Source: Octopus bimaculoides
Taxonomy: Eukaryota
NCBI RefSeq assembly: GCF_001194135.2
Contig: NC_068981.1
Location: forward strand, 135,491,174 to 135,545,136
Direction of reading: 5' to 3'
DNA: 53,963 bases
The notes below the pieces were generated by a model. That model saw only the letters and a list, made by a program, of their open reading frames with translations. It did not search any database and had not been told where the DNA came from. Numbering within the stretch: the stretch's first letter is position 1; each line of letters opens with the position of its first letter. Shown piece by piece: positions 11,848 through 25,183 of the stretch. Position numbers and translations under genes: made by a program.

Positions 11848-13677
11848 AAATGTATATATATGTATGCATGCTTGTATGTATGTATTCATGTATGGATTAT
11901 ATGCATGTTTATGTATGCATCTATGTATGTATACATGCATGTGCAGCTATGTATGTCTGTATGTATGTGGGAATGTGTGTATGCATGTATGTTTATGTAT
12001 GTATGCATGTATGCATGTATGTATGTATGTATGTATGTATGTATGTATGTATGTATGAATGAATGCATGCATGTATGTATGTTTTTCTTTGAGATATATT
12101 TATGTTCTTAAATGAGTTCAACATGTCTGCTAACAACGTGACAAGACTTTTTGAGTTAAGATGAAAATGTCCCCTTCGTACTTAGGTGTTTGTGCATGTG
12201 TGTGTGCTTCTGTGTGCGTGCATATATGCATCATTACTTTTTACATCTGTGTCTTTGTCGCTACACATAACCAAGTGTGATTGTACATAATCGGTTAAAC
12301 CATCGTAGATGGAGAATCTTTGGAATGTCTTACACATTTTCACTGTGCCACTAATAGATCGTATTTGGTTGATGTGCATTCAGTTTCTTTTGCTCTTAGA
12401 AAATCCTACAATTTCTAAGTTTTTGTGCAAATCCGTAATTATATAGTTTTTAATGCACTTATGATGATGGGTACCTGATGATAGGTACATGATGACAGAG
12501 ATGTATTATGCATGTATGAATGTATATATGTATGAATTCATGTATGCACATATATATATATATATATATANNNNNNNNNNNNNNNNNNNNNNNNNNNNNN
12601 NNNNNNNNNNNNNNNNNNNNNNNNNNNNNNNNNNNNNNNNNNNNNNNNNNNNNNNNNNNNNNNNNNNNNNNNNNNNNNNNNNNNNNNNNNNNNNNNNNNN
12701 NNNNNNNNNNNNNNNNNNNNNNNNNNNNNNNNNNNNNNNNNNNNNNNNNNNNNNNNNNNNNNNNNNNNNNNNNNNNNNNNNNNNNNNNNNNNNNNNNNNN
12801 NNNNNNNNNNNNNNNNNNNNNNNNNNNNNNNNNNNNNNNNNNNNNNNNNNNNNNNNNNNNNNNNNNNNNNNNNNNNNNNNNNNNNNNNNNNNNNNNNNNN
12901 NNNNNNNNNNNNNNNNNNNNNNNNNNNNNNNNNNNNNNNNNNNNNNNNNNNNNNNNNNNNNNNNNNNNNNNNNNNNNNNNNNNNNNNNNNNNNNNNNNNN
13001 NNNNNNNNNNNNNNNNNNNNNNNNNNNNNNNNNNNNNNNNNNNNNNNNNNNNNNNNNNNNNNNNNNNNNNNNNNNNNNNNNNNNNNNNNNNNNNNNNNNN
13101 NNNNNNNNNNNNNNNNNNNNNNNNNNNNNNNNNNNNNNNNNNNNNNNNNNNNNNNNNNNNNNNNNNNNNNNNNNNNNNNNNNNNNNNNNNNNNNNNNNNN
13201 NNNNNNNNNNNNTATATATATATATATATATATATATGACAAATCACTGTTAGTGCTATTGCTAACATGTAACCCAGTACAATCCTCTGCATGGTTGGGC
13301 TGTTGGCAACTAAATTGGAAATTCCACCAAGCCTTTTTAGTAAGGATGGTGGTTTTCGTTGGATACCCTGCGGGATGAAAAACAAAACCTGTCAGAGGAT
13401 GAATGAACTCAGTTGGATCAGTAGCCACCCGGCAGTGAGAATGAGATATCCATAGTCTTTATTTATACATCGCTGCGAGAAGGAAATTCTGAAATATCAC
13501 CCGCTTCATTACGAAGTCAGAGACTATGTTCTTGTTTATTTTCGGCCTACTTGGCTTTGTAGGTGAGTGTTAGTGGTGTTGTACAAGTTGTTTTTGACAT
13601 CAAATTTTAGCATGGTCATTTGTTAGTGATGGTCATACTCATCTATGAGTTGACAGCCATCATGTATATGTATATGT

Positions 13678-13722
<45 letters not shown>

Positions 13723-13901
13723 AATGTCTATTTGATGAGTGTTGTTGTTTATATCTTTCCTGATGTGATTGATGCATAGCTGACTATAACTCTTCATGTC
13801 AGACATATTCTGAATGCATCCATCGAAACGTATGTAGAAGATATGAAGATATAAATGTTTTAATAACATCCTGAGCATTTGTCTCCTTTTTCAATTTTTC
13901 C

Positions 13902-14224
<323 letters not shown>

Positions 14225-14654
14225 TAAATGTATGTGCCCATGTATGTGTTGCCCGTGTATATTAAGATACATGTATGATATTGCGTGTATGTACGGATCT
14301 GAATGTTTTGACTTAAGTATGTACACATTTACATATGTTTGTACATATCTACACAAATGTATATGCATATACTAAAGCTAAAATCATGGAATGCTTTACA
14401 TGCTTTCACAAATCCATTAATGATTTGTAGCAGTAATTTTCTAATTAATCATATCCTTCATGGTTTTGCGAAGTCTAGCTTCTCAAATTTGGTGTTGATG
14501 TTGAAGCTGTTAAATTACAAATCTAACTACACAAATAATTACAGGTATAAATCTAAAGTTGCAGTCCAAGTGAAGTATTGGTATATTTATACTTCTGATT
14601 GCTTGCCATCAATTAAACAATATCTTATGCACAACATTGCATAAATGAGAACTA

Positions 14655-14775
14655 CGCCTTGTAACCGCGTGTTTTCAAGTTCAGTCCCACCGTATAGCAC
14701 CTTGGGCAATTGTCTTCAACTATAGCTCTGGGCTCACTAATGTCTTGTGAGGGAATTTGGTAGATGGAAATATAT
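14655..14775 (-). mobile_element. SINE family B head fragment
   Basis: GTTCAGTCCCAC, CTTGGGCAATTGTCTT, GATTTGGTAGATGGAAA are SINE-B head motifs. They read on the plus strand, so the strand assignment is uncertain. Confidence 0.5.
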
Positions 14776-14791
14776 GTATATATGTATATAC

Positions 14792-15030
14792 AAGGCGGCG
14801 AGCTGGCAGAAACGTTAGCACGCTGGGCGAAATGCTTGGCGGTATTTCGTCTGCCGTTACGTCCTGAGTTCAAATTCCGCCGAGGTCGACTTTACCTTTC
14901 ATCCTTTCGGGGTCGATAAATTAAGTATCAGGTACGCACTGGGGTCGATGTAATCGACTTAATCCGTTTGTCTGTCCTTGTTTGTCCCCTCTATGTTTAG
15001 CCCCTTGTAGGCAATAAAGAAATAAGGAAA
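14792..15030 (+). mobile_element. SINE family A, full length, CpG-rich
   Basis: AAGGCGGCGAGCTGGCAGAAACGTTAGCACG...GAGTTCAAATTCC...CCTTTCATCCTTTCGGGGTCGATAAATTAAGTA. Confidence 0.92.
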
Positions 15031-15179
15031 TATATGTATATGCGTGTGCGTGTGTATGTGTGCGTGTATGTGTTTGTGAGCGTGCGTGCATGTGTTTGTG
15101 TGCGTGCGTTTGTGTGTATGTGTGTGTGTGTGTGTGTGCGTGCGTGTGCGTGCATCTCTGTGTGTATGTCAATATGTGT

Positions 15180-15630
15180 ATGTCAATATGTGTATGTCAT
15201 TGTGCTCATGTTTGTCTCCTCCACCACTTGGCAACTACAAGGGGTGTTGAAAAGATGCTGGCTTTAAGGGTGTCATGAAAGATCTGGCTGGAGGTCCAAC
15301 CTTCCGGGTTCTTTTACGGGGCTTAAAAAATACTGAAGGACCGCTGCAGTAAATGCATGAATCTGAGAGAGGAATATGTTGAATAAAACTATAATTAACT
15401 AATCCTCCTGTATTTTCTTTTACCTAAAGCCCGGAACTTTTCAGCACTCCCTCATAATGTTGGTTTGTTGCGTCTTTGTATGTTACGGTTCGGCAAAAGA
15501 AACTGATAAAATAAGTTCTTGACTTAGAAAAAGTAAGTACTGGGATTAGATACGTTCGACTAAAACACATTTCAAGGCTGTGCCTCAGCATGGCTGCAAC
15601 CCACTGACTAAAACAAATGAAAGAAAGAAA
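15180..15630 (+). mobile_element. SINE family B tail interrupted by a mariner MITE
   Basis: The SINE-B tail (CCACCACTTGGCAAC) resumes after the MITE as ATGTTGGTTTG...GGTTCGGCAAAAG...CAGCATGGCTGCA. Confidence 0.75.
15236..15456 (-). mobile_element. Mariner-type MITE, copy 2
   Basis: TA at both ends. Body is the reverse complement of 14006-14224. Confidence 0.85.
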
Positions 15631-16199
15631 ATTAGAAAGTTTTACTGTGTGAATTATCAATGTAAATGCATTTTTCTATGTTATTGATGGGAAAGGAAGC
15701 TGAGTATGATTTCTCTGAGGAGTGATCAATAAACTTTGAAGCGGTCTGTCAGGAGATTCCTTCTCGATTGTTTTTTCTACACATCAGTGGCATAGAAAAA
15801 ATGTGCTTGAAGTTTTAGTTCACCCACAATGAGGGTTTACAATGTTTAGGTTTACTTTAGTTTTCTTTTGCTTTATGCTGTGTTGTGCATACACATACGA
15901 AGACCTACAAATATGCATACATACATACATACATACATACATTCATCTACATATAAATATCTAATATATACATGTATATATGCATATTTACATGCATATA
16001 TATGTATATATATATGCACATATATATTATGTATGTATGTGTGTGTATATATATATATATATCCGTATATATATATGTATTATATGTATACGAATGTGCA
16101 CCCCATCCTTTTTTTAAGTATAAGAACTTACTTGAGTAAGATATTCCTTAGTTTAGTGGATAGGCACTTTCCTCATACGAATAGGTTAGTGAAATTTTT

Positions 16200-16685
16200 A
16201 ATTGGCACGCTTTAAAATTTCCGTTTGTTGTGCACATTGTGTAAAGAAGATATTAGCAGGTAGGCCAACATCTGAGACAGAGACAGGATGTTCAGGAAGA
16301 GGTAACATCACATGTCCCCTTAACTGCCACTGTAACACGGAAATAGTATATTATAAGGTAGAGGTAACATCAAAGGATCCCAATAAGCAGCCAAAAGTTC
16401 GAAACTATGTGGGAACGACAGAATGTCCTTTCAGCATGAGATTCAATAGCCATACGTTCTCCTTTAGTATTCAGGAGAGACGAAATGTCAGCCCTTACTA
16501 GATACGTATGGTCGTTAAGGAAAGCGCCACAGAGTACTACATCAAATGGAATATCTTAGAGAAGTGCAAGCAATTCTTTATTAACATCAGAAAATGTAGA
16601 TTATGTTTAACCGAGAAAAGAATCATATTAAAAAAATTCTCAGCACCTTTACACCGCAGAAATGAAATTTTTAGCTCTTGCAAAA
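16200..16685 (+). mobile_element. Penelope-like element, GIY-YIG endonuclease relic
   Basis: CPLNCHCNTEIVYYKV...NYVGTTECPFSMRFNSH...YYIKWNILEKC...CRLCLTEKRIIL...LHRRNEIFSSCK is the PLE endonuclease C-terminal pattern. Confidence 0.85.
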
Positions 16686-17096
16686 GGGAAGGCGTGGGTT
16701 AAATATATAATAACTAAATGAGCAATTTGGTTAAGTCAAAAAATAAAAAAAGTAAGAAATATAATTAGAAATACCGGTAGTTATTGAACTAAATAATAAC
16801 AGTTGACTATAATTTACTATTACTCAAGCAAGTAATGGTTTCTTCATGGCCAGCCTTTTGTTTTTGAAAATTAACTGACCTACTCTGGATCCGGGGTTGT
16901 TTCAGGTATACTGCCTACTTATAATAATAAATAAAATTCATACGAAATCGATTAATAGCAAATTATAGACAACTGTTATTATTTAGTTCTATAACTAGCG
17001 GTATTTCTAATTATATTTCTTATTTTTTAATTTCAGTTTTTGACTTAATCAAATTGCTCATCTATTTATTATATATTTAACCCACTCCTTCCTCCC
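16686..17096. mobile_element. Fold-back element with about 135-bp inverted repeats
   Basis: 16686-16820 is the reverse complement of about 16954-17096, with scattered mismatches. No TSD found. Confidence 0.8.
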
Positions 17097-17294
17097 GTAT
17101 ATAGGAATGTACCACTAAATATTATAACTACCCCTTATTCTATTTCTAAATTCTAGTTGGTCGAAAGTTTCACAGTGGATCAGCATGTAACATCAATAAA
17201 TTATCACCATTCTCATTTTCTCCTTCTTTTTCTTTTTACTTTTATTTTATTTACTTTTCCGCTCTAACTGTATTTTCGGTGCTCCATAATTTGT

Positions 17295-18240
17295 CTCAGT
17301 AACGGCTAAATTGATTTCTAGTTGTTTTGTTTGGCACAGTATGAGAAAGGATATTCGGAGCTGGACGCGAACTTGTATTTTGTACCAGAAGTCTAAAGTG
17401 CAACGTCATATTCAGGCACCTTTGGGTACTTTTGCCATCCCAGACTCACGCTTTAAGCACATTCATATTGGTATCGTTGGCCTTTTGCCACCAACAAGCT
17501 TATCTATATTTGTTGACATGCATCGATCGTTTTTCAAGATTGCCTGAAGCCATTCTGATCAAGGATATCTCAGCTCTTACACTTATGAAGGCTCTCATAG
17601 CTGGCTGGTTCTGGCGGTTCGGAGTTCAACTAACTATCATTACTGATCGAGGTCGACAGTTCGAATCAAATACTTTTGCTGAGCTCTTAAAATTACTAGG
17701 AATCCGCACCACTGCTTACCATCCCATGACTAATGGAATGATAGAAAGATTTCATCATCAGCTAAAATCTGTTTTACGTGTTCACCCCCATTCAGACAGA
17801 GGGATAGAAGCATTACTGGTTGTTCTGTTTGGTCTTCGCTCTGTTGTTGAGGAAGACATGAGTTTTTCTCCGGCGAAACTTCTCTATGGCTCCCTACTTT
17901 TTTTTATCTGGTCATATGATAATACCTGCAACTCCTGAACAAATTTCCGATCCGGCTGATTACATATATCGTATACGGAATTACATGAAAGAATTACCTC
18001 CTTTGGTTACTAGAGTAGAGTCTATCAAATCTTTTGTGCCTCCTGATATCCGTTCATGGGCTCATGTTTTTATTCGCAACGATCTTGTTAAACAATCTCT
18101 CCAACCTTCTTACAGTGGTCCATACTGAGTTCTTTAAGTAAAATCGAAATTTATGGTATAAGATGTTAATGACAACAAACTGTAAATATTGATCGCATTA
18201 AACAAGCATTTATTGATTCATCTACTGAACAACAACAGTT
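17295..18240 (+). mobile_element. Ty3/gypsy integrase relic (CsRN1-like)
   Basis: FVWHSMRKDIRSWTRTC..QKSKVQRH; DDE motifs TCIDRFS, TDRGRQFES, TTAYHPMTNGMIERFH; SLQPSYSGPY (GPY/F). Two frameshifts. Confidence 0.92.
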
Positions 18241-18266
18241 TACTCCATCACCTACTGGACAACAGT

Positions 18267-18464
18267 AGGCGCGTGGCTTAGTGGTTAGGGCATTCGGCTC
18301 ACGATCGTAAGGTCGTGAGTTCTATTCCCGACGACGCGTTGTGTCCTTGAGCAAGACACTTTATTTCACGTTGCTCCAGTCCACACAGCTGGCAAAAATG
18401 AGTAGTACCTGTATTTCGAAGGGCCGGCTTTGTCACGCTGTGTGTCACGCTGTGTGTCACGCTG
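18267..18464 (+). mobile_element. SINE family C (tRNA head, CORE), 3'-truncated
   Basis: GGCGCGTGGCTTAGTGGTTAG...GAGTTCTATTCC...GTGTCCTTGAGCAAGACACTTT. Confidence 0.9.
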
Positions 18465-18850
18465 TTGTTGTTGGCACTCCGTCACTTACGACGTCGAGGG
18501 TTCCAGTTGATCCGATCAACGGAACAGCCTGCTCGTGAAATTAACGTGCAAGTGGCTGAGCACTCCACAGACACGTGTACCCTTAACGTAGTTCCCGGGG
18601 ATATTCAGCGTGACACAGTGTGACAAGGCTGTCCCTTTGAAATACAGGTACAACAGAAACAGGAAGAAAGAGTGAGAGAAAGTTGTGGTGAAAGAGTACA
18701 GCAGGGTTCGCCACCATCCCCTGCCGGAGCCTCGTGGAGCTTTAGATGTTTTCGCTCAATAAACACTCACAACGCCCGGTCTGGGAATCGAAACCGCGAT
18801 CCTATGACCGCGAGTCCGCTGCTCTAGCCACTGGGCCATTGCGCCTCCAC
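18465..18850 (-). mobile_element. SINE family D, full length, sharing its 3' tail with family C
   Basis: The reverse complement begins GTGGAGGCGCAATGGCCCAGTGG...GGTTTCGATTCC and ends GGAACCCTCGACGTCGTAAGTGACGGAGTGCC(AAC)n. Confidence 0.9.
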
Positions 18851-19316
18851 ACACACATATATACACACACACATACGCGCACACACACATATACATGCAT
18901 TCATATACGTAAGCAAATACAAGACATGTTTATACACACACATACACACACAAAGAAATAATCGATATCAGACTTGATTTATAAAACAAAGTTTAATAAA
19001 TTTCATCAAATAAATGAAACGAAGCTGATTGGATGTTAAAATGGATTATACAATAACAAGTTAAAGTATTTATACTCAATATTAAGAACATTTTAAAACG
19101 TTTGAACTCACACACACAGTTATTTAAGGAGCTATACTCCAAAAATATAGTCACTCATATATTTGTCAATAGAATGGGCATATTAAGCAAAGTACCCAGT
19201 ATTATAGATCCATTTCAGCTGATCTTAACAATTGAATTCACAGAAGACATTAGATAATCAGACAGACAGTTATCTAAGAACCGCGATCGCCAGAGTGATA
19301 ATATGGAAAAAATGGC

Positions 19317-20043
19317 GGATCTTTTTGGTTTGACGGGCAACATTTTTCATTAATGTTTTATGTAGTGTTTTTGGTACCGAACACTTTCAAATTTCGTATA
19401 CTTGTATATTTTGTATTATAGAACAGATAAAAAATTTTGTATTCGAAGTTATTTCATGTAAAAAGTTGTCGTATTTCGGTAATTTCAACCAATCACTGAC
19501 GTCTATTGAGGTGAAAACAATTAATGGCGTGGAATGTAAACAACGGTGTCATGGGATCTTTTCCCTTGAATAAAATTAGTGCCGTTGTTTGTCTACGGTT
19601 AGGGTTATGATTATTTTTGCCATAACCTCACTCATAACCCTAACCCTAACCCTAAAACTCATANNNNNNNNNNNNNNNNNNNNNNNNNNNNNNNNNNNNN
19701 NNNNNNNNNNNNNNNNNNNNNNNNNNNNNNNNNNNNNNNNNNNNNNNNNNNNNNNNNNNNNNNNNNNNNNATGATATGATTAAACAGGGAATAACACTCT
19801 TGACACCGGTAAAAATTATTGTTTATAAAAAGAGCACTAACTGTATTCAGCTGAATAGACGTCAGTGATTGGTTGAAATTACAGAAATACGACAACTTTA
19901 ACATGAAATAACTTATTAAGAACTAATTTTTGTTAAGAAGGCTAAGAGAAAAAGATGTTTTATATGACACATTCTACCAGTATCCCAAGTTTGAAAGTGT
20001 TTCGTTAAGAAAACAAGTGTTGCCCGTCAAACCAAAAAGATCC
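19317..20043. mobile_element. MITE with GGATCTTTT termini and 8-bp TSD (Merlin-like?)
   Basis: TIRs GGATCTTTTTGGTTTGACGGGCAACA and TGTTGCCCGTCAAACCAAAAAGATCC. TSD AAAATGGC at 19309-19316 and 20044-20051. Long imperfect internal inverted arms; contains a gap. Confidence 0.9.
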
Positions 20044-20214
20044 AAAATGGCGACTTCTTTCTGTTATTGGAGGTGACGAAGTGGCACATCGGGTTTGTGG
20101 GTACTGTGAAAAAGACGAAACGAAGTCGCGAGAGGCAACTAAAGGATGGGGTTTCAATCGAGAGTTATTTCCCTTCTCTCTTAAAGCTATGAGTTGTAAC
20201 TGTCAGCAAATGTG

Positions 20215-20440
20215 GAGTTTAGGTGTTGTTGTTATGTGTGTAGTCCACTCAGCTGGTAAAAAATGAGTTGTACCTGTATTTCAAGGGGTCCGCCTTGTCA
20301 CACTCTGTGTCATGCTGAATCTCCCTGAGAAGTATGTGAATGCGTACGCGTGTCTGTACAGTGCCCAGCCATTTGCACGTTAATCTCACGAACAAGCTGT
20401 TTCGTTAATCGGATCAACTGGAACCCTCGTCGTCGTCGAT
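20215..20440 (+). mobile_element. SINE family C/D tail
   Basis: GTACCTGTATTTCAA...TTGCACGTTAAT...GGATCAACTGGAACCCTCGTCGTCG. Confidence 0.8.
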
Positions 20441-20456
20441 GATGATGATGATGATA

Positions 20457-20487
<31 letters not shown>

Positions 20488-20872
20488 GGAGGAGGAGGAG
20501 GAGGACAATGGTGATGATGATGATGACGACGACGACGACGATGGTGATGATGATGATGATGGCGATAATGATAATGGTAGTGATGACAATGACGATGACG
20601 GTGGCGATGACAATGACGATGACAATGTTGATGATGACAGTGATGATAACGTGGATGACAACGATGGCGATGATGACGACGACGGCAGCGATGACAAGAA
20701 CGATGGATGATGATGACAATGATGACGACGACGACGACGACGACGACGATGGTGATGATGGTGATGACAGCGATAATGACGAGATTGGTAGTGATGAAGA
20801 TAACGGGGACGACAGTGAAGATGACGACGATGACGATGATGACGACGACGATGACAGCGATGACAAGAACGA

Positions 20873-20920
<48 letters not shown>
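20430..20920. repeat. Complex (GAT/GAC)n trinucleotide expansion from the SINE tail
   Basis: Seen directly. Accounts for the poly-M, poly-D and poly-S ORFs. Confidence 0.9.
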
Positions 20921-20921
<1 letters not shown>

Positions 20922-22366
20922 CGCAGAAAAAGTATTCTTGAAACATTTCTAAATATATTTATTTATTTTAAAATATTTTTGTTTCTTCTGCTGTCCTGAT
21001 AGAAACAGATATATCTATGTTGATTATACAAAGAACTGAGCAACTCTAAAAAAAACAAACAANNNNNNNNNNNNNNNNNNNNNNNNNNNNNNNNNNNNNN
21101 NNNNNNNNNNNNNNNNNNNNNNNNNNNNNNNNNNNNNNNNNNNNNNNNNNNNNNNNNNNNNNNNNNNNNNNNNNNNNNNNNNNNNNNNNNNNNNNNNNNN
21201 NNNNNNNNNNNNNNNNNNNNNNNNNNNNNNNNNNNNNNNNNNNNNNNNNNNNNNNNNNNNNNNNNNNNNNNNNNNNNNNNNNNNNNNNNNNNNNNNNNNN
21301 NNNNNNNNNNNNNNNNNNNNNNNNNNNNNNNNNNNNNNNNNNNNNNNNNNNNNNNNNNNNNNNNNNNNNNNNNNNNNNNNNNNNNNNNNNNNNNNNNNNN
21401 NNNNNNNNNNNNNNNNNNNNNNNNNNNNNNNNNNNNNNNNNNNNNNNNNNNNNNNNNNNNNNNNNNNNNNNNNNNNNNNNNNNNNNNNNNNNNNNNNNNN
21501 NNNNNNNNNNNNNNNNNNNNNNNNNNNNNNNNNNNNNNNNNNNNNNNNNNNNNNNNNNNNNNNNNNNNNNNNNNNNNNNNNNNNNNNNNNNNNNNNNNNN
21601 NNNNNNNNNNNNNNNNNNNNNNNNNNNNNNNNNNNNNNNNNNNNNNNNNNNNNNNNNNNNNNNNNNNNNNNNNNNNNNNNNNNNNNNNNNNNNNNNNNNN
21701 NNNNNNNNNNNNNNNNNNNNNNNNNNNNNNNNNNNNNNNNNNNNNNNNNNNNNNNNNNNNNNNNNNNNNNNNNNNNNNNNNNNNNNNNNNNNNNNNNNNN
21801 NNNNNNNNNNNNNNNNATATATATATATATATATATATATACATTGTATATTGTATATAAATATATATATATATATATTGTATATGCATTTATATGTGTG
21901 TAGGTTTTCTATAATACTTACACATATATACATACTTTATATATATGTGAGTGTGTGTGTGTGTGTATGTATGTATATACGCATTGTATTACATGAAATA
22001 ATATATGTATGTATATGTAGATATACATATATAAAGTATGTATATATGTGTAAGTATTATAGAAAACCTACACACATAAATGCATATACAATATATTATA
22101 TAATACATATGTATGCATTATTTCATGATACAATATAAAAATATATGCACGCATATATATGTTATACAAGTACAATATATATATGTGTGCATGTATACAT
22201 TATATCTACCTACCTACCTACCTACCTACCTACCTACCTTCCTACTTTCTTACCTACCTAGCTACCTACCTGCCTACCTGCCTACCTACATACCATCCAT
22301 CCATATACGTGTATGTATATAATTATATATGCGTCTGTGAGCATGTGTGTGTGTCTGTGTGTGTGT

Positions 22367-22408
<42 letters not shown>

Positions 22409-22502
22409 ACGTAAATCACATCGATCAGTTTATCTAGGTATGATCTCTGACAATTAAAATGGCTCACGGTGTCTTGTAATTGTGTATAACTGTTGGTGTT
22501 GA

Positions 22503-22592
<90 letters not shown>

Positions 22593-22870
22593 TAGATAGA
22601 TAGAGAGAGAGTGGTACGATTGTCAAATAGGAGAAAAAGAGTAAGAGCGTGATATGTGTGTATTTACATGTATATACTTCTGCATACGCGTGTATGTGTG
22701 TGTGTGCATATATATATATGAATATTATATGTATTACATATATATATCGATACACACACACACACACACACATACATATATATGTAAATATGTATGAATG
22801 TCTGTCTGTCTTTCTCTACAAATATCCACATCTATACAAGTACATATAAATATACATAAATATGCATATA

Positions 22871-22926
<56 letters not shown>

Positions 22927-23820
22927 NNNNNNNNNNNNNNNNNNNNNNNNNNNNNNNNNNNNNNNNNNNNNNNNNNNNNNNNNNNNNNNNNNNNNNNNNN
23001 NNNNNNNNNNNNNNNNNNNNNNNNNNNNNNNNNNNNNNNNNNNNNNNNNNNNNNNNNNNNNNNNNNNNNNNNNNNNNNNNNNNNNNNNNNNNNNNNNNNN
23101 NNNNNNNNNNNNNNNNNNNNNNNNNNNNNNNNNNNNNNNNNNNNNNNNNNNNNNNNNNNNNNNNNNNNNNNNNNNNNNNNNNNNNNNNNNNNNNNNNNNN
23201 NNNNNNNNNNNNNNNNNNNNNNNNNNNNNNNNNNNNNNNNNNNNNNNNNNNNNNNNNNNNNNNNNNNNNNNNNNNNNNNNNNNNNNNNNNNNNNNNNNNN
23301 NNNNNNNNNNNNNNNNNNNNNNNNNNNNNNNNNNNNNNNNNNNNNNNNNNNNNNNNNNNNNNNNNNNNNNNNNNNNNNNNNNNNNNNNNNNNNNNNNNNN
23401 NNNNNNNNNNNNNNNNNNNNNNNNNNNNNNNNNNNNNNNNNNNNNNNNNNNNNNNNNNNNNNNNNNNNNNNNNNNNNNNNNNNNNNNNNNNNNNNNNNNN
23501 NNNNNNNNNNNNNNNNNNNNNNNNNNNNNNNNNNNNNNNNNNNNNNNNNNNNNNNNNNNNNNNNNNNNNNNNNNNNNNNNNNNNNNNNNNNNNNNNNNNN
23601 NNNNNNNNNNNNNNNNNNNNNNNNNNNNNNNNNNNNNNNNNNNNNNNNNNNNNNNNNNNNNNNNNNNNNNNNNNNNNNNNNNNNNNNNNNNNNNNNNNNN
23701 NNNNNNNNNNNNNNNNNNNNNNNNNNNNNNNNNNNNNNNNNNNNNNNNNNNNNNNNNNNNNNNNNNNNNNNNNNNNNNNNNNNNNNNNNNNNNNNNNNNN
23801 NNNNNNNNNNNNNNNNNNNN

Positions 23821-23854
<34 letters not shown>

Positions 23855-24281
23855 GCGCGCGCACACATGTTTATATAATTACGCATACATATATTCATAT
23901 ATATTTATGAGTACGTGTACATACATATATATGCGCGCGCGCCTGTGTGTGTGATACATACAGACATATGTCTACGCACCCAGGGAAAAAGAAATGTTGG
24001 TAGAGAGTGAAATAGAAACAAGAAAGAGCGTATGCATTCTGCTGCAGCTGCCTTATTCTTAAAACAATATACATCATTCATCTGATGATGTTTATAGTCG
24101 ACACATTCCTGTCAATACATACAGCTATAATATTTATTTGCTATTCCTTACTTAAATCTGTTTTCCTGTTCAGTTAACAAGAAAGCTAAATCAATAGGAG
24201 ACATCATAGATGCATATCTATAACTTGGTTATTATTGTTGTCGTTGCTTTACAACCCTAGGTATACTCCGATCCGCTACAC

Positions 24282-24610
24282 CAGTGGTTTTCAACCAGGA
24301 TCCATATGGCCCCTGAGGGTCCATAAAGGGTTTTTGGGGGTCCGCGCAACAAATAAGTAAATTGGGGGATCTACAATAATATTTTAAGGTCTCACGAAAA
24401 AAATTTTCATTGGTATTTATTGCAAGAAACAGATAAGTTTCTTTCCCTAACATTTTCATAGTTGTACCTACACAAGTTAATGTGTGAATAACAAAATAGA
24501 AATTTCGAAAGAAGTTTCTATAAAACTAATTTTTAAGCATTGAATGACTAGGGAAGTCCACCAGAATAAAATAGTAATCAAAAAGATCCATAAATAAAAA
24601 AAATGGTCTA
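24282..24610 (+). mobile_element. hAT-type MITE, right end degenerate
   Basis: Starts CAGTGGTTTTCAACC with GGGGTCC subterminal motifs. Confidence 0.6.
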
Positions 24611-25183
24611 TCACAGGTATACTCCTAGCACAGAAACATCTAAAGAAAGAAATAGGTTCCGAACATCACATCCCTCCTTATTTAGACGTTGCTACCGATA
24701 CTGGCAAAATCTTTTTAACGTTGATAGAAACACACTTACCTACTAATTACTGGTACAGAAAACTTTTTAATAAACGCAAGTTTTAGATGCGCCCNNNNNN
24801 NNNNNNNNNNNNNNNNNNNNNNNNNNNNNNNNNNNNNNNNNNNNNNNNNNNNNNNNNNNNNNNNNNNNNNNNNNNNNNNNNNNNNNNNNNNNNNNNNNNN
24901 NNNNNNNNNNNNNNNNNNNNNNNNNNNNNNNNNNNNNNNNNNNNNNNNNNNNNNNNNNNNNNNNNNNNNNNNNNNNNNNNNNNNNNNNNNNNNNNNNNNN
25001 NNNNNNNNNNNNNNNNNNNNNNNNNNNNNNNNNNNNNNNNNNNNNNNNNNNNNNNNNNNNNNNNNNNNNNNNNNNNNNNNNNNNNNNNNNNNNNNNNNNN
25101 NNNNNNNNNNNNNNNNNNNNNNNNNNNNNNNNNNNNNNNNNNNNNNNNNNNNNNNNNNNNNNNNNNNNNNNNNNNNNNNNNNN

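Noticed and set aside
18267-18340. tRNA-like heads of SINEs, as tRNA genes
   Set aside because: They lack a closed acceptor stem and continue directly into SINE bodies.
20439-20952. Poly-Asp/Met/Ser ORFs resembling acidic biomineralisation proteins
   Set aside because: This is a trinucleotide expansion continuous with a SINE tail, with no signal peptide or splice structure.
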